NCBI GenBank assembly: GCA_009886115.1
Contig: VFJJ01000053.1
Location: 1 to 53,734, forward strand
DNA length: 53,734 nucleotides
Source: Actinomycetota bacterium
GTDB lineage: Bacteria; Actinomycetota; Acidimicrobiia; IMCC26256; VFJJ01
Direction of reading: 5' to 3'
Shown here: in pieces, positions 1 through 7,622 of the stretch
Numbering within the stretch: position 1 is the first letter of the stretch
How the letters are laid out: each line of letters opens with the position of its first letter
The notes under the pieces: model-generated
What the model saw: only the letters and a program-made list of their open reading frames with translations
Told to the model about the DNA's origin: nothing
Databases searched by the model: none
Made by a program: the position numbers and the translations under genes

Positions 1-61
1 GGTCGCCGACATCACGGTGGCCGAGGTCACGGTGGCCGACGTCGAGCACCGGGCTTTGTGA
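1..61 (+). CDS. 3' end of an unidentified CDS (partial)
   Basis: Frame from position 2 reads VADITVAEVTVADVEHRAL* with GC-rich third positions; its TGA (59-61) overlaps the GTG start at 58 (GTGA coupling). Confidence 0.5.
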   Translation, partial: VADITVAEVTVADVEHRAL

Positions 62-1122
62 GCATCACCGGCGACGATCCCCGCGCCGACCCGCTCGACG
101 GGGCCCTCGATCCCCGACGGGCCCGGCCCCATCCCAGCCGCTTCCCGCCCGACGCCCCCGGTTACGACGAGGCGCTGCGCCGCCATCGGGTGGCCATCGA
201 CGAAGGCGACCCCGGCTATCTCGACCCGGTGAGCGGGTTGTTCGTGCTGACGGCCGCCCACCACGCCGACCGGGGCACCTGCTGCGAACAGGGCTGCCGC
301 CACTGCCCCTATATCTGGGATCGCCCGGACGCCGCGCTCGAGGCCATCCCCGCGAGCGAGCAGACCCTCGTCAGCGACGACGATCACCGCATCGCCGTCC
401 AGGTCGCGCACACGACCGGCGTGATGCTGGTCGCGCTCCGAACCGAGCTCACCGGGCGCGGTGTGCACCCGTTCACCGTGCGCGACGAGGGCGACCGGCT
501 CGCCCACCACCACATCATCGACGCGCTGGCCCTGGCCCGCTCGGGCGACCACGTGTTGTCGGAGGAGGGCTATCCCGATCCCGCGCGCCTCCTGGCCCGC
601 CGCGTGTGGATCGTCGACCCGCTCGACGGCACACGCGAGTACGGGATCCCCGGGCGCCCCGATTGGGCCGTGCACATCGCCCTCACGGTCGACGGGCGAC
701 CGGCCGCGGGTGCCGTCGCCCTTCCCGCAATGGGGCTGGTGTTCGGAACGTCACCCGCGCACGCCACACCCGAGCGGCCCGACGGGCGACCGTTGCGCAT
801 CGCCTGCTCGCGCACCCATCCCGCGGGCGCTGCGGTGTACGTGGCGAGGAAGCTCGACGGGGAGCTGGTGCCGATCGGCTCGGCGGGGGCGAAGGCCATG
901 GCCGTGGTGATGGGCGACTGCGACGCCTACATCCACCACGGCGGCCAGTACGAGTGGGACTCGTGCGCTCCCGCAGCCGTGGCCGCCGCCGCCGGGATGC
1001 ACACCTCGCGTCTCGACGGCTCTCCCTTGCGCTACAACCGGCCCGACCCCTGGCTCCCCGATCTCCTGATCTGTCGTCCCGAGCTGGCCGAGCCCATCCT
1101 CGATCTCGTCCTCAACGGCTGA
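58..1122 (+). CDS. cysQ: 3'(2'),5'-bisphosphate nucleotidase CysQ with an N-terminal DUF5522-like Cys-rich domain
   Basis: Inositol monophosphatase-fold motifs VLSEEG, WIVDPLDGTREY, GSAGAK and EWDSCAP; N-terminal ~85 aa contain YLDPVSGLFVLTA..H..RGTCCEQGCRHCPY. Confidence 0.88.
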   Translation: MSITGDDPRADPLDGALDPRRARPHPSRFPPDAPGYDEALRRHRVAIDEGDPGYLDPVSGLFVLTAAHHADRGTCCEQGCRHCPYIWDRPDAALEAIPASEQTLVSDDDHRIAVQVAHTTGVMLVALRTELTGRGVHPFTVRDEGDRLAHHHIIDALALARSGDHVLSEEGYPDPARLLARRVWIVDPLDGTREYGIPGRPDWAVHIALTVDGRPAAGAVALPAMGLVFGTSPAHATPERPDGRPLRIACSRTHPAGAAVYVARKLDGELVPIGSAGAKAMAVVMGDCDAYIHHGGQYEWDSCAPAAVAAAAGMHTSRLDGSPLRYNRPDPWLPDLLICRPELAEPILDLVLNG

Positions 1123-1125
1123 GCC

Positions 1126-1545
1126 TCAGTAGCTGCGGAGCTCGACCATGGTGTCGTCGGGGTCGAGCACGTAGATCGACCAGCCCGTTCCCCTGGCGCC
1201 GAAGCGTCGGGCGGGGCCGTCGACGACACGGAGCTCGCCGGGTGATGCGGCCACGGCGTCGACGACGCCGGGTTCGACCACGAGGCACAGGTGGTCGAGA
1301 TTGCGCACCCTGGGCGGCTCGGCGCCGGAGGGTGCGCCACCGCCCGCGACCTCCACCGGGATCAGGTCGATGATCGAGGTGGCGTCGATGCGGATCGACG
1401 GGAACGGCGCCTCGCCCCTTCGCCATTCCTCGACCCTGACCCCCGCCAGCCCGAGCACGTCGAGATACCAGGCGAGTGTGGTCTCGACGTCGGCACAGCG
1501 CAGCACCAGATGATCGAAGCCGATGACCTTGATCACCCCGCCCAT
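1126..1545 (-). CDS. VOC/glyoxalase family protein
   Basis: FDHLVLRCADVE, NLDHLCLVV and SIYVLDPDDTMVELRSY metal-binding VOC motifs. Confidence 0.88.
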   Translation of the reverse strand: MGGVIKVIGFDHLVLRCADVETTLAWYLDVLGLAGVRVEEWRRGEAPFPSIRIDATSIIDLIPVEVAGGGAPSGAEPPRVRNLDHLCLVVEPGVVDAVAASPGELRVVDGPARRFGARGTGWSIYVLDPDDTMVELRSY

Positions 1546-1621
1546 GGCGGCCTCCCGTTCACGTGACCCTGAACGCCAGTATGGTCCTCAAGCGGCGGGC
1601 AGATCATCAGGAGGGCCGTCG

Positions 1622-1987
1622 GTGACGATCGAGATCGGGATCACCAACGAAGCGGTGATCGACGTGACAGCCGACCTGGCTACCGACCATGCCGGACCGG
1701 GGGTGCTGTCGACGCCGGGGATGATCGGCCAGGTCGAGCGCATCTGTCAGGCCGCCACCGCGCAGCGCCTCCCCGATGGCCACACCACGGTCGGCGTGCA
1801 CGTGTGCATGAGCCACGAGGCGTCGGTCGCGGTGGGTGGGCACGTCACGATCTCGGTGCGCCTGGCTGAGATCACCAAGCGCCGCTTGACGTTCGAGATC
1901 GAGGTGACCGACCCCGCGTCGGGTCGTATCGTCAGCCGAGGCACCCATCAACGGGCGATCGTCGACACCCGGAGGTTCGGATCATGA
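1622..1987 (+). CDS. Hotdog-fold thioesterase, fluoroacetyl-CoA thioesterase (FlK)-like
   Basis: VLSTPGMIGQVE, TVGVHVCMSH and GTHQRAIVD match the FlK T-E-H pattern; start moved to GTG 1622 behind AGGAGGG. Confidence 0.85.
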   Translation: MTIEIGITNEAVIDVTADLATDHAGPGVLSTPGMIGQVERICQAATAQRLPDGHTTVGVHVCMSHEASVAVGGHVTISVRLAEITKRRLTFEIEVTDPASGRIVSRGTHQRAIVDTRRFGS

Positions 1988-2424
1988 ATGACCCCAGCGA
2001 CACGACGGCGCCGACGACCGCCGGGCCCTTCCGCCGCTTCGCCGAGGTGCCGTGGGTCGACGAGGTCGCCTACGGACGGGTACCGGCCGAGCTCGCCGCC
2101 GAGGCCATGGCAGCGGGAGCGCTGCGCAAGTTCGTGACCCGGGGCGAAGAAGGCCTCTACGTGCAGTACTCGACGATGCCCGCCGGGTACCGGGTGGCGC
2201 CGCACACGCACACCCAGGGCGAGGTGCTCTTCGTGCTGCGCGGAGGCTGCGTCGTCGAGCCCGGCGCCACGGCACTGGGGCCGAACGACTCCGCCGTCGT
2301 GCCCGCCGGCGAGGAGTACGGCTTCACCTGCGGCCCGGACGGGATGGACTTCCTCACCATCCGCGCCGGCGACGCCATCTTCCAGCTGTCAGCGTCAGAC
2401 CCCGTATCCGGGGCGCCACGCTGA
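1984..2424 (+). CDS. Cupin domain protein
   Basis: PHTHTQGEVLFVLRG and LGPNDSAVVPAGEEYGF cupin motifs; ATGA overlap with the thioesterase gene. Confidence 0.85.
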   Translation: MNDPSDTTAPTTAGPFRRFAEVPWVDEVAYGRVPAELAAEAMAAGALRKFVTRGEEGLYVQYSTMPAGYRVAPHTHTQGEVLFVLRGGCVVEPGATALGPNDSAVVPAGEEYGFTCGPDGMDFLTIRAGDAIFQLSASDPVSGAPR

Positions 2425-2530
2425 CATTTGGAGCAATGGGCGCGAACCGCGCTGGTGCGCCTCAACCCCGCGTGCACCCTGACCGACGTGAGTGGTGGGC
2501 GGCTGGGACCTCATCGATGAGAGGCCCACC

Positions 2531-2629
2531 ATGAGCAAGCGCACCACCCTGGGAATCGTCTTCACCACCACCATGATCAGCCTCGCCGGCTTCGTCACGC
2601 CGGTGATCGGCTGGATCAAGTGGATCTGA
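2531..2629 (+). CDS. 32-aa small hydrophobic peptide MSKRTTLGIVFTTTMISLAGFVTPVIGWIKWI (not in the ORF track)
   Basis: GAGAGG RBS 6 nt before the ATG; 31 of 32 sense codons end in G/C; basic N-terminus, ~20-residue hydrophobic core and WIKWI C-terminus. Confidence 0.75.
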   Translation: MSKRTTLGIVFTTTMISLAGFVTPVIGWIKWI

Positions 2630-5627
2630 GCTGACTGAGCTGTTGCGCCAGGCCAAGTCGGTGTGCCATCGCTGCGGCCTCGCCGCGGGTGGCCACACCG
2701 AGCTTGGCCAGGATGCTCGAGACGTGAGCCGCGACCGTTTTCGGGCTCACATAGAGTTGCGGCGCGATCTGCTTGTTGGTGAGGCCTTCGCACACGAGAG
2801 CCAGGACCTCGAGCTCTCGGATGCTGAGCCCGAACGGCGCTGACTCGGCCGGAGAGCTGGGCGGGTCGCGCAGGTCGATCTCGGTGTCTCCGAGATCGAG
2901 GCGGGCCCGGCGGGCGAGCAACTCGAGCTCTCCCTGGATCAGCCAGACGCCGAGCCCGGTCGCGGTCCGGTGAACCCTGCTCCCGATCGTGGCGCTCGCG
3001 GCGCGGTCACTGACACCAGCCAGGGCCTCGGCGGCCCGAAAGCCGCACACGAGTGCCTCGAGACCCAGCCCCACGCGTTCGAACTCCGCCTCCGCCATCA
3101 AGAAGAGTGCCGGATCGGCAGCGCCTCGGATCCGTCCCCGCTCCGCGTTCACCGCGACCTGGAACACCCGATCGAGGTCTTGCGCCGCCGGGGTGTCCGC
3201 TGCCCAGCTCGCGGTTTGGTGCAGTCGATCGGCGAGATCGCTCCTCTTGATCGCAGAGGCCTCGGCTTCGACGCGAACGGCCTCGAGCGCGACAACTCGG
3301 TTGTGGTACGTGCCACCGGTCTCGGCGATGACATCACAGGCCCGCTCCACTGCCGCGGTTGCGGCATCGATGTCGCCACGCCACCGCGCTATGGCCGATT
3401 CGAGCATGCAGATCCACACGACCGACTCGGGATCGTCATAGCTGCTCCCGATCTCGCGGGCGCGACGGCACTGGTCGTGCGCTCGCGCCAGGTCGCCTCT
3501 CCACAGCGCCAGCTGAGCCTCCGTGAGGTGCAAGCTGACCCCGTCGAGACCTGGAGCCTGCCAACCCCTGACGCGATCGAGGAGCTGATCGGTGCTTGCG
3601 AGATCACCGGTGTCGATGGCCAGCGCGGCGGCTGGAATGACCAACGATCGGATCCGCGATCGGCCGAGCCCGGCCCGCTCGACGAGCGCCAGGCCTTCCA
3701 ATGCGATGTCGACTGCTTCTGCTGCACGACCGTTGGCTGCGAGTACCGCCGCCCTGTTGCAGATGCTGCGGACGACGGCCTCGATCTCGTCGAAGTCCAT
3801 CGCCCTGACCCGAGCCTCCGACAGCAGCGGCTCGGCGCGCCCGAGATCGCCCTTCAGGCCGATCGCCGTCCCCAGCGTGCACAGGGCGTCCGCGGTCCCC
3901 GCTTCGAGAGCGACAACACCAGCAACGGCCAGCGCCTCTTCGGCCAGGGCGATCGCGGCATCGAATCTCGACTCGATGAGCAGGAGCTGGGCCTTCCAGG
4001 CCAGGGCGTGGAAGCGCTCCGGTGACGGCGGCTCGCCGGGGATCAGGGCCAGCCCGGCGGTGAGCTCGGTCATGCCGTCGCCGGCGGCGCCGCCGTACCA
4101 GAGACAGCGGCCGAGCTTGGCTCGCAGAAAACCGGAGCGCACGGGCAGCGACGAGGCGTCGACGAGCCCCACGGCCCGCCGAAGGTGGAGCTCGGCGCGA
4201 GCGAACTCGGCTTGGGCATCACAGACGCCGGCCGTCTCCGCCAAGGCCTGGGCGAGGTCGCAGCCGGCCAACGCCGGAGCTTCGGGCACCCGGTCCCACA
4301 GCCCGAGCGCCATCTCGAAGTGCTCGATGGCCTCCGACCGGGCGCCGACGGCGAGCTCGGCGCGGGCGGCCGCGAAGGCGGCTTCCAAAGCCCGGGGCAG
4401 ATCACCGGCGCCCGTCCAGTGGGCAGCCAGCTCGGCGGCCACGGCGCCCGGACCTTCGGCGCACAGCTCGGGCCGCGCCACGAGCGTCTCGGCCACCAGG
4501 CGGTGCAGGCCCGAGTGCTCGAAGGGCAGGAGTTCCTCGTCGACGGCTTCCTGCAAGAGGGCGTGGCGGAACGTGTAGACGGACGAGCCCCGCTCGGCCC
4601 GCAAGATCCCGAGGTCGGTGACTTCCCGCAGGCCCCGATGCAGCTCGGCCTGCGACAGGCCGTCGGCCGAGGCCACGGCGGCCAGCAACTCGTGGTGCAC
4701 GACCCGGCCGGCGACGGCGGCGGCCTTGAGCACGGTCATGGCTTCGTCGGACAGCCGGGTGAGGCGGCTGGCGAGGAAGCCCCGAAGCGAGTCGGGCAGC
4801 GCTGCACCGGCGCCCGGATGGGCGGCGACGAGCTCCTCGGCGAAGAACGGATTGCCCTCGGACCGTCGCCGCACGGCGTCGAGGAGCTCGGCCTCGAGCG
4901 CTCGTCCACCGAGGAGCTCGGTCGCCAGCTCGGCCACCTCGGCGTCGTCGAGTCCAGCCAGCAGGATCCGGGTGACCCGGGGCAGGCGTTCGAGCTCGGC
5001 CACGAGCGAGCGCAGGGGATGCCCTCGGTCGACGGCGTCGGCTCTGAGCGTGGCCACGATCAGGAGAGGCTCGGTGGTGAGGTTGCGGCCCAGGTACTCG
5101 AGCAGGTCGAGTGTGGAGCGGTCGGCCCAATGCACGTCCTCGAAGACGATCACCGTGGGTTGTCGGGCAGCGAGCGATCCGAACAGGCCCAACAGCGCGT
5201 CGAAGAGCCGATCGGTGTCGAGCCCCGCCTCGACGCCCGCCGCCGAGTCAGCTCCTCCCCCGCCGGTTCCCGTTCCCGCGGCACCTCCGGGCAGCAGCCG
5301 TCCGAGCGCGGGCCGCCACGGGTCGAGGATGCGTTCGACCAGTGCCGGAGGGCCGTCGTCGACGAGCTGACGCAGCACGCCGGCCACCGGTGCGAGCGCC
5401 GGAGCCCGGTCGAGGAACTGGACGCAATGGCCGATCAGCGCCCGGGCGTCGCCCCGAGCGGCCTCGCCCACGAGCTCGCCGACCAGGCGGGTCTTGCCGA
5501 TCCCGGCATCGCCTTCGACCATGACCAGCTGAGGATGACCCCCGGCGGCGGTCGCGAGCAGACCCCGAAGCGTGTCGAGATCGTCGACCCTCCCGATGAA
5601 GCGCTCACTCGTGGTTCGCCGAGCCAC
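2616..5627 (-). CDS. Large AAA-ATPase (STAND/MalT-like) - TPR-like helical region - LuxR HTH transcriptional regulator
   Basis: FIGR, Walker A GDAGIGKT, Walker B VIVFEDVHWAD, EGNPFFAEEL, FRHALL and C-terminal LSIRELEVLALVCEGLTNKQIA..LYVSPKTV..HVSSILAKLG. Confidence 0.95.
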   Translation of the reverse strand: MARRTTSERFIGRVDDLDTLRGLLATAAGGHPQLVMVEGDAGIGKTRLVGELVGEAARGDARALIGHCVQFLDRAPALAPVAGVLRQLVDDGPPALVERILDPWRPALGRLLPGGAAGTGTGGGGADSAAGVEAGLDTDRLFDALLGLFGSLAARQPTVIVFEDVHWADRSTLDLLEYLGRNLTTEPLLIVATLRADAVDRGHPLRSLVAELERLPRVTRILLAGLDDAEVAELATELLGGRALEAELLDAVRRRSEGNPFFAEELVAAHPGAGAALPDSLRGFLASRLTRLSDEAMTVLKAAAVAGRVVHHELLAAVASADGLSQAELHRGLREVTDLGILRAERGSSVYTFRHALLQEAVDEELLPFEHSGLHRLVAETLVARPELCAEGPGAVAAELAAHWTGAGDLPRALEAAFAAARAELAVGARSEAIEHFEMALGLWDRVPEAPALAGCDLAQALAETAGVCDAQAEFARAELHLRRAVGLVDASSLPVRSGFLRAKLGRCLWYGGAAGDGMTELTAGLALIPGEPPSPERFHALAWKAQLLLIESRFDAAIALAEEALAVAGVVALEAGTADALCTLGTAIGLKGDLGRAEPLLSEARVRAMDFDEIEAVVRSICNRAAVLAANGRAAEAVDIALEGLALVERAGLGRSRIRSLVIPAAALAIDTGDLASTDQLLDRVRGWQAPGLDGVSLHLTEAQLALWRGDLARAHDQCRRAREIGSSYDDPESVVWICMLESAIARWRGDIDAATAAVERACDVIAETGGTYHNRVVALEAVRVEAEASAIKRSDLADRLHQTASWAADTPAAQDLDRVFQVAVNAERGRIRGAADPALFLMAEAEFERVGLGLEALVCGFRAAEALAGVSDRAASATIGSRVHRTATGLGVWLIQGELELLARRARLDLGDTEIDLRDPPSSPAESAPFGLSIRELEVLALVCEGLTNKQIAPQLYVSPKTVAAHVSSILAKLGVATRGEAAAMAHRLGLAQQLSQLRST

Positions 5628-5746
5628 GACACCAGTCTGACGCCCTCACGCCCGGCGTCCAAGATGGCCACGCTGGCCTGCCGCGAACCGTTCGATCTGG
5701 AGCAATGGTGCGAATGCCGCACATCTGGTCGTTTCCACCACGCTCA

Positions 5747-5769
5747 CTGGTCATCTGACCGATGACCAG
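5747..5769. promoter_or_regulatory. Operator-like 9-5-9 inverted repeat, copy 1 of a 17-bp motif
   Basis: CTGGTCATC-TGACC-GATGACCAG is a perfect inverted repeat; it contains TGGTCATCTGACCGATG (5748-5764), which recurs exactly at 6086-6102; it lies 120 bp upstream of the LuxR start. Confidence 0.6.
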
Positions 5770-5865
5770 GAGCCCGGACGAGGCCACGATGGACCGGACG
5801 GGACCTTTGGCCGGCACCGATTCTCACGAACGGGTGGCCGATCTCCGTTACCGGTGCTGCACGCA

Positions 5866-5907
5866 CGATCGGGGGAGCACCGCCCCCGAGCCATGCTCTC
5901 CCGATCG
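5866..5907. other. Stable intergenic hairpin (possible sRNA element or terminator)
   Basis: CGATCGGGGGAGCA / TGCTCTCCCGATCG form a 14-bp stem with one G-U pair on the + strand and a 14-nt loop. Confidence 0.45.
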
Positions 5908-6085
5908 CAGCGGCATGCGGGCCTGACGCCCACCCCGTCGGGCCCGCTTGTCGCGCCCGGACTCCCCCCGGCTCGCCCGGCCCTCCCGAGGCCGCCACCG
6001 GACCATGAGGACCTGGGCAATCCGACACAACGGTCGACACCGGACAGCTGGCGGCGACCAATAGGTCACTCCCGAGCCTCCCGAT

Positions 6086-6102
6086 TGGTCATCTGACCGA
6101 TG
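6086..6102 (+). promoter_or_regulatory. Copy 2 of the 17-bp motif TGGTCATCTGACCGATG
   Basis: Exact direct repeat of 5748-5764; followed 20 nt later by CATCAT, as copy 1 is followed 20 nt later by CACGAT (candidate -10 hexamers). Confidence 0.6.
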
Positions 6103-6205
6103 TCCCCCCCGCCACCGAGCCGCATCATTGATCTCAGTTGATCGCAGTTGATCGCACCACACACAGCGAACCTCGGGGGTTCGCTCCGGCTCGGGAGGCA
6201 CGACG

Positions 6206-6232
6206 ATGTGTGACTTCGCCAAGATCCGCTAG
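6206..6232 (+). CDS. Candidate 8-aa sORF MCDFAKIR
   Basis: GGGAGG RBS (6193-6198) 7 nt before the ATG; 7 of 8 codons end in G/C; an in-frame upstream TGA at 6149 excludes a longer ORF; followed by a strong hairpin. Confidence 0.45.
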   Translation: MCDFAKIR

Positions 6233-6250
6233 ACCCATCACACCCATCAT

Positions 6251-6290
6251 CGATGAGACCCGGGGAACCCACCCTCCCCGGGTCTCATCG
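6251..6290. terminator. Perfect 16-bp hairpin, probable bidirectional terminator
   Basis: CGATGAGACCCGGGGA-ACCCACCC-TCCCCGGGTCTCATCG lies between the sORF and the convergent MFS stop at 6297. Confidence 0.75.
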
Positions 6291-6296
6291 CGTCCG

Positions 6297-7505
6297 TCAG
6301 TCCTCGGCGGCGAGAACGGGCGCGATCTGATCGCCCACCGTCGCCAGAGCGCCGACGACCACGACCACGCCGAGCACACACGCCATCGCCATCCGCACCC
6401 CGATGAGGTCGCTCAACACCCCCGCGACGAGGACGCCCAGCGCCTGGGCCCCCGTGAACGCAGCCTGGAGCACCCCGTAGACCGAGGCCCGCACCTCGTC
6501 GGGCACGATCACCGAGAAGACGCTGTTCGCGAAGACGGCAGTGGAGTAGACCAGCCCGATCGCGGCGAACCCGCCCAGAGCCAGCGCCAACGAGTCAGCC
6601 AAGGCCAGGCCCACCATCCCCAACGCGGCGCCCGCGGCCGCAACTGCGCCGATCCATCGCAGCGGGCTGCCCCGAGCCAGGTCGAACGGGATCACAACGG
6701 TGGCCACGATGGTCCCCAACGGGACCGCCGCCGAGAGGAGCCCCGCGGTTCCCGCGCCGCGATCGAGGATGTCGGAGGCGTACACGACCGCGAGCCCTGA
6801 CGCGGCCATGGCTCCGAAGACGAGGGTGCACGCGACGACGGTGACGGTTCTGATGGTTCCGGGACCGGCCACGACCCCGACTGCTGATCGGAGGGCCGAC
6901 GACGCGGTGTGCTCTTCGAGCGCAGCTTCTCGACCGATCCTCACCGACGCGACGAGCACCCCCGATACGACGAACGTCGATGCGTTCACGATGAGCGCCC
7001 AACGAACCCCCAGCACGCCCGTGAGGCCGCCACCGGCTGCGAAGCCCAGGAGCACGGCCCCGTAGCCCGTCATCGACCTGACCACGACCACGTTGTGGCG
7101 ATCTTCGACCGCCACCGACTCGGCGACGAGTGCACTTCGGGCCGCCTCGAACGGCGCCGATGCCGCCGAGGCCAGGAACGCCACGGCCAGCACCGCGAGC
7201 GGGGCTTCGATGAAGGCCAAGCCGACATAGAGAGCGGCTCGCACGACGTCGGTGACGATCATCACGGTGCGGCGCGGGAACCGATCGCCGTAGGTGCTGA
7301 GCCAGGGGCCGAGGCCCACCGTGGGGATGACCACCACGGCGAACGGAGACGCCGCCCAGGTGGCCGACCCCGTCCGATCGTGCAGGAGGATGGCGAGCGC
7401 GATCAGCGCGGCCCAGTCGCCCAGCTCACTGAGGATCTCGGCGATCCACAAACGCAGAACGTCGCGCGCCCACATCGGCCTCAGCAACGTCGACAGGCGC
7501 CCCAT
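6297..7505 (-). CDS. MFS transporter (DHA3/MFS_3-like)
   Basis: About 12 hydrophobic segments, LWIAEILSELGDW, motif A GDRFPRRTVMIVTDVVRA and VPDEVRASVYG. Confidence 0.9.
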   Translation of the reverse strand: MGRLSTLLRPMWARDVLRLWIAEILSELGDWAALIALAILLHDRTGSATWAASPFAVVVIPTVGLGPWLSTYGDRFPRRTVMIVTDVVRAALYVGLAFIEAPLAVLAVAFLASAASAPFEAARSALVAESVAVEDRHNVVVVRSMTGYGAVLLGFAAGGGLTGVLGVRWALIVNASTFVVSGVLVASVRIGREAALEEHTASSALRSAVGVVAGPGTIRTVTVVACTLVFGAMAASGLAVVYASDILDRGAGTAGLLSAAVPLGTIVATVVIPFDLARGSPLRWIGAVAAAGAALGMVGLALADSLALALGGFAAIGLVYSTAVFANSVFSVIVPDEVRASVYGVLQAAFTGAQALGVLVAGVLSDLIGVRMAMACVLGVVVVVGALATVGDQIAPVLAAED

Positions 7506-7534
7506 GATCCCCCAGGCTCGTGTCCCGGCACGAT

Positions 7535-7619
7535 ATCCCGTGGTGCGCGATCCCGTGGTCCGCGATCCCGTGGAGGTCCGCGATCCCGCGGAGGTGCGCG
7601 ATCCCGTGGAGGTGCGCGG
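7535..7619. repeat. Five tandem 15-18-bp units ATCCCG(T/C)GG(AGG)T(G/C)CGCG in the divergent MFS / GGDEF-EAL intergenic region
   Basis: atcccgtggtgcgcg-atcccgtggtccgcg-atcccgtggaggtccgcg-atcccgcggaggtgcgcg-atcccgtggaggtgcgcg, with no spacers. Confidence 0.85.
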
Positions 7620-7622
7620 TGA

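Noticed and set aside
2616..5627. STAND ATPase as an Avs-type anti-phage protein
   Set aside because: It has a C-terminal LuxR HTH and no nuclease/TIR/SIR2 effector, so it is a transcription-factor architecture
5800..5812. GGGACCTTTGGCC as a DosR/DevR-like box
   Set aside because: Single partial match in GC-rich DNA with no supporting second site
5789..5926. 45-aa Cys-containing ORF (MDRTGPLAG...RCCTHD...) as a RiPP precursor
   Set aside because: Weak codon bias, its ATG overlaps the candidate -10 hexamer, and no modifying enzymes are nearby
7535..7619. Possible CRISPR array
   Set aside because: Units are contiguous 15-18-bp repeats with no unique spacers, and there are no cas genes
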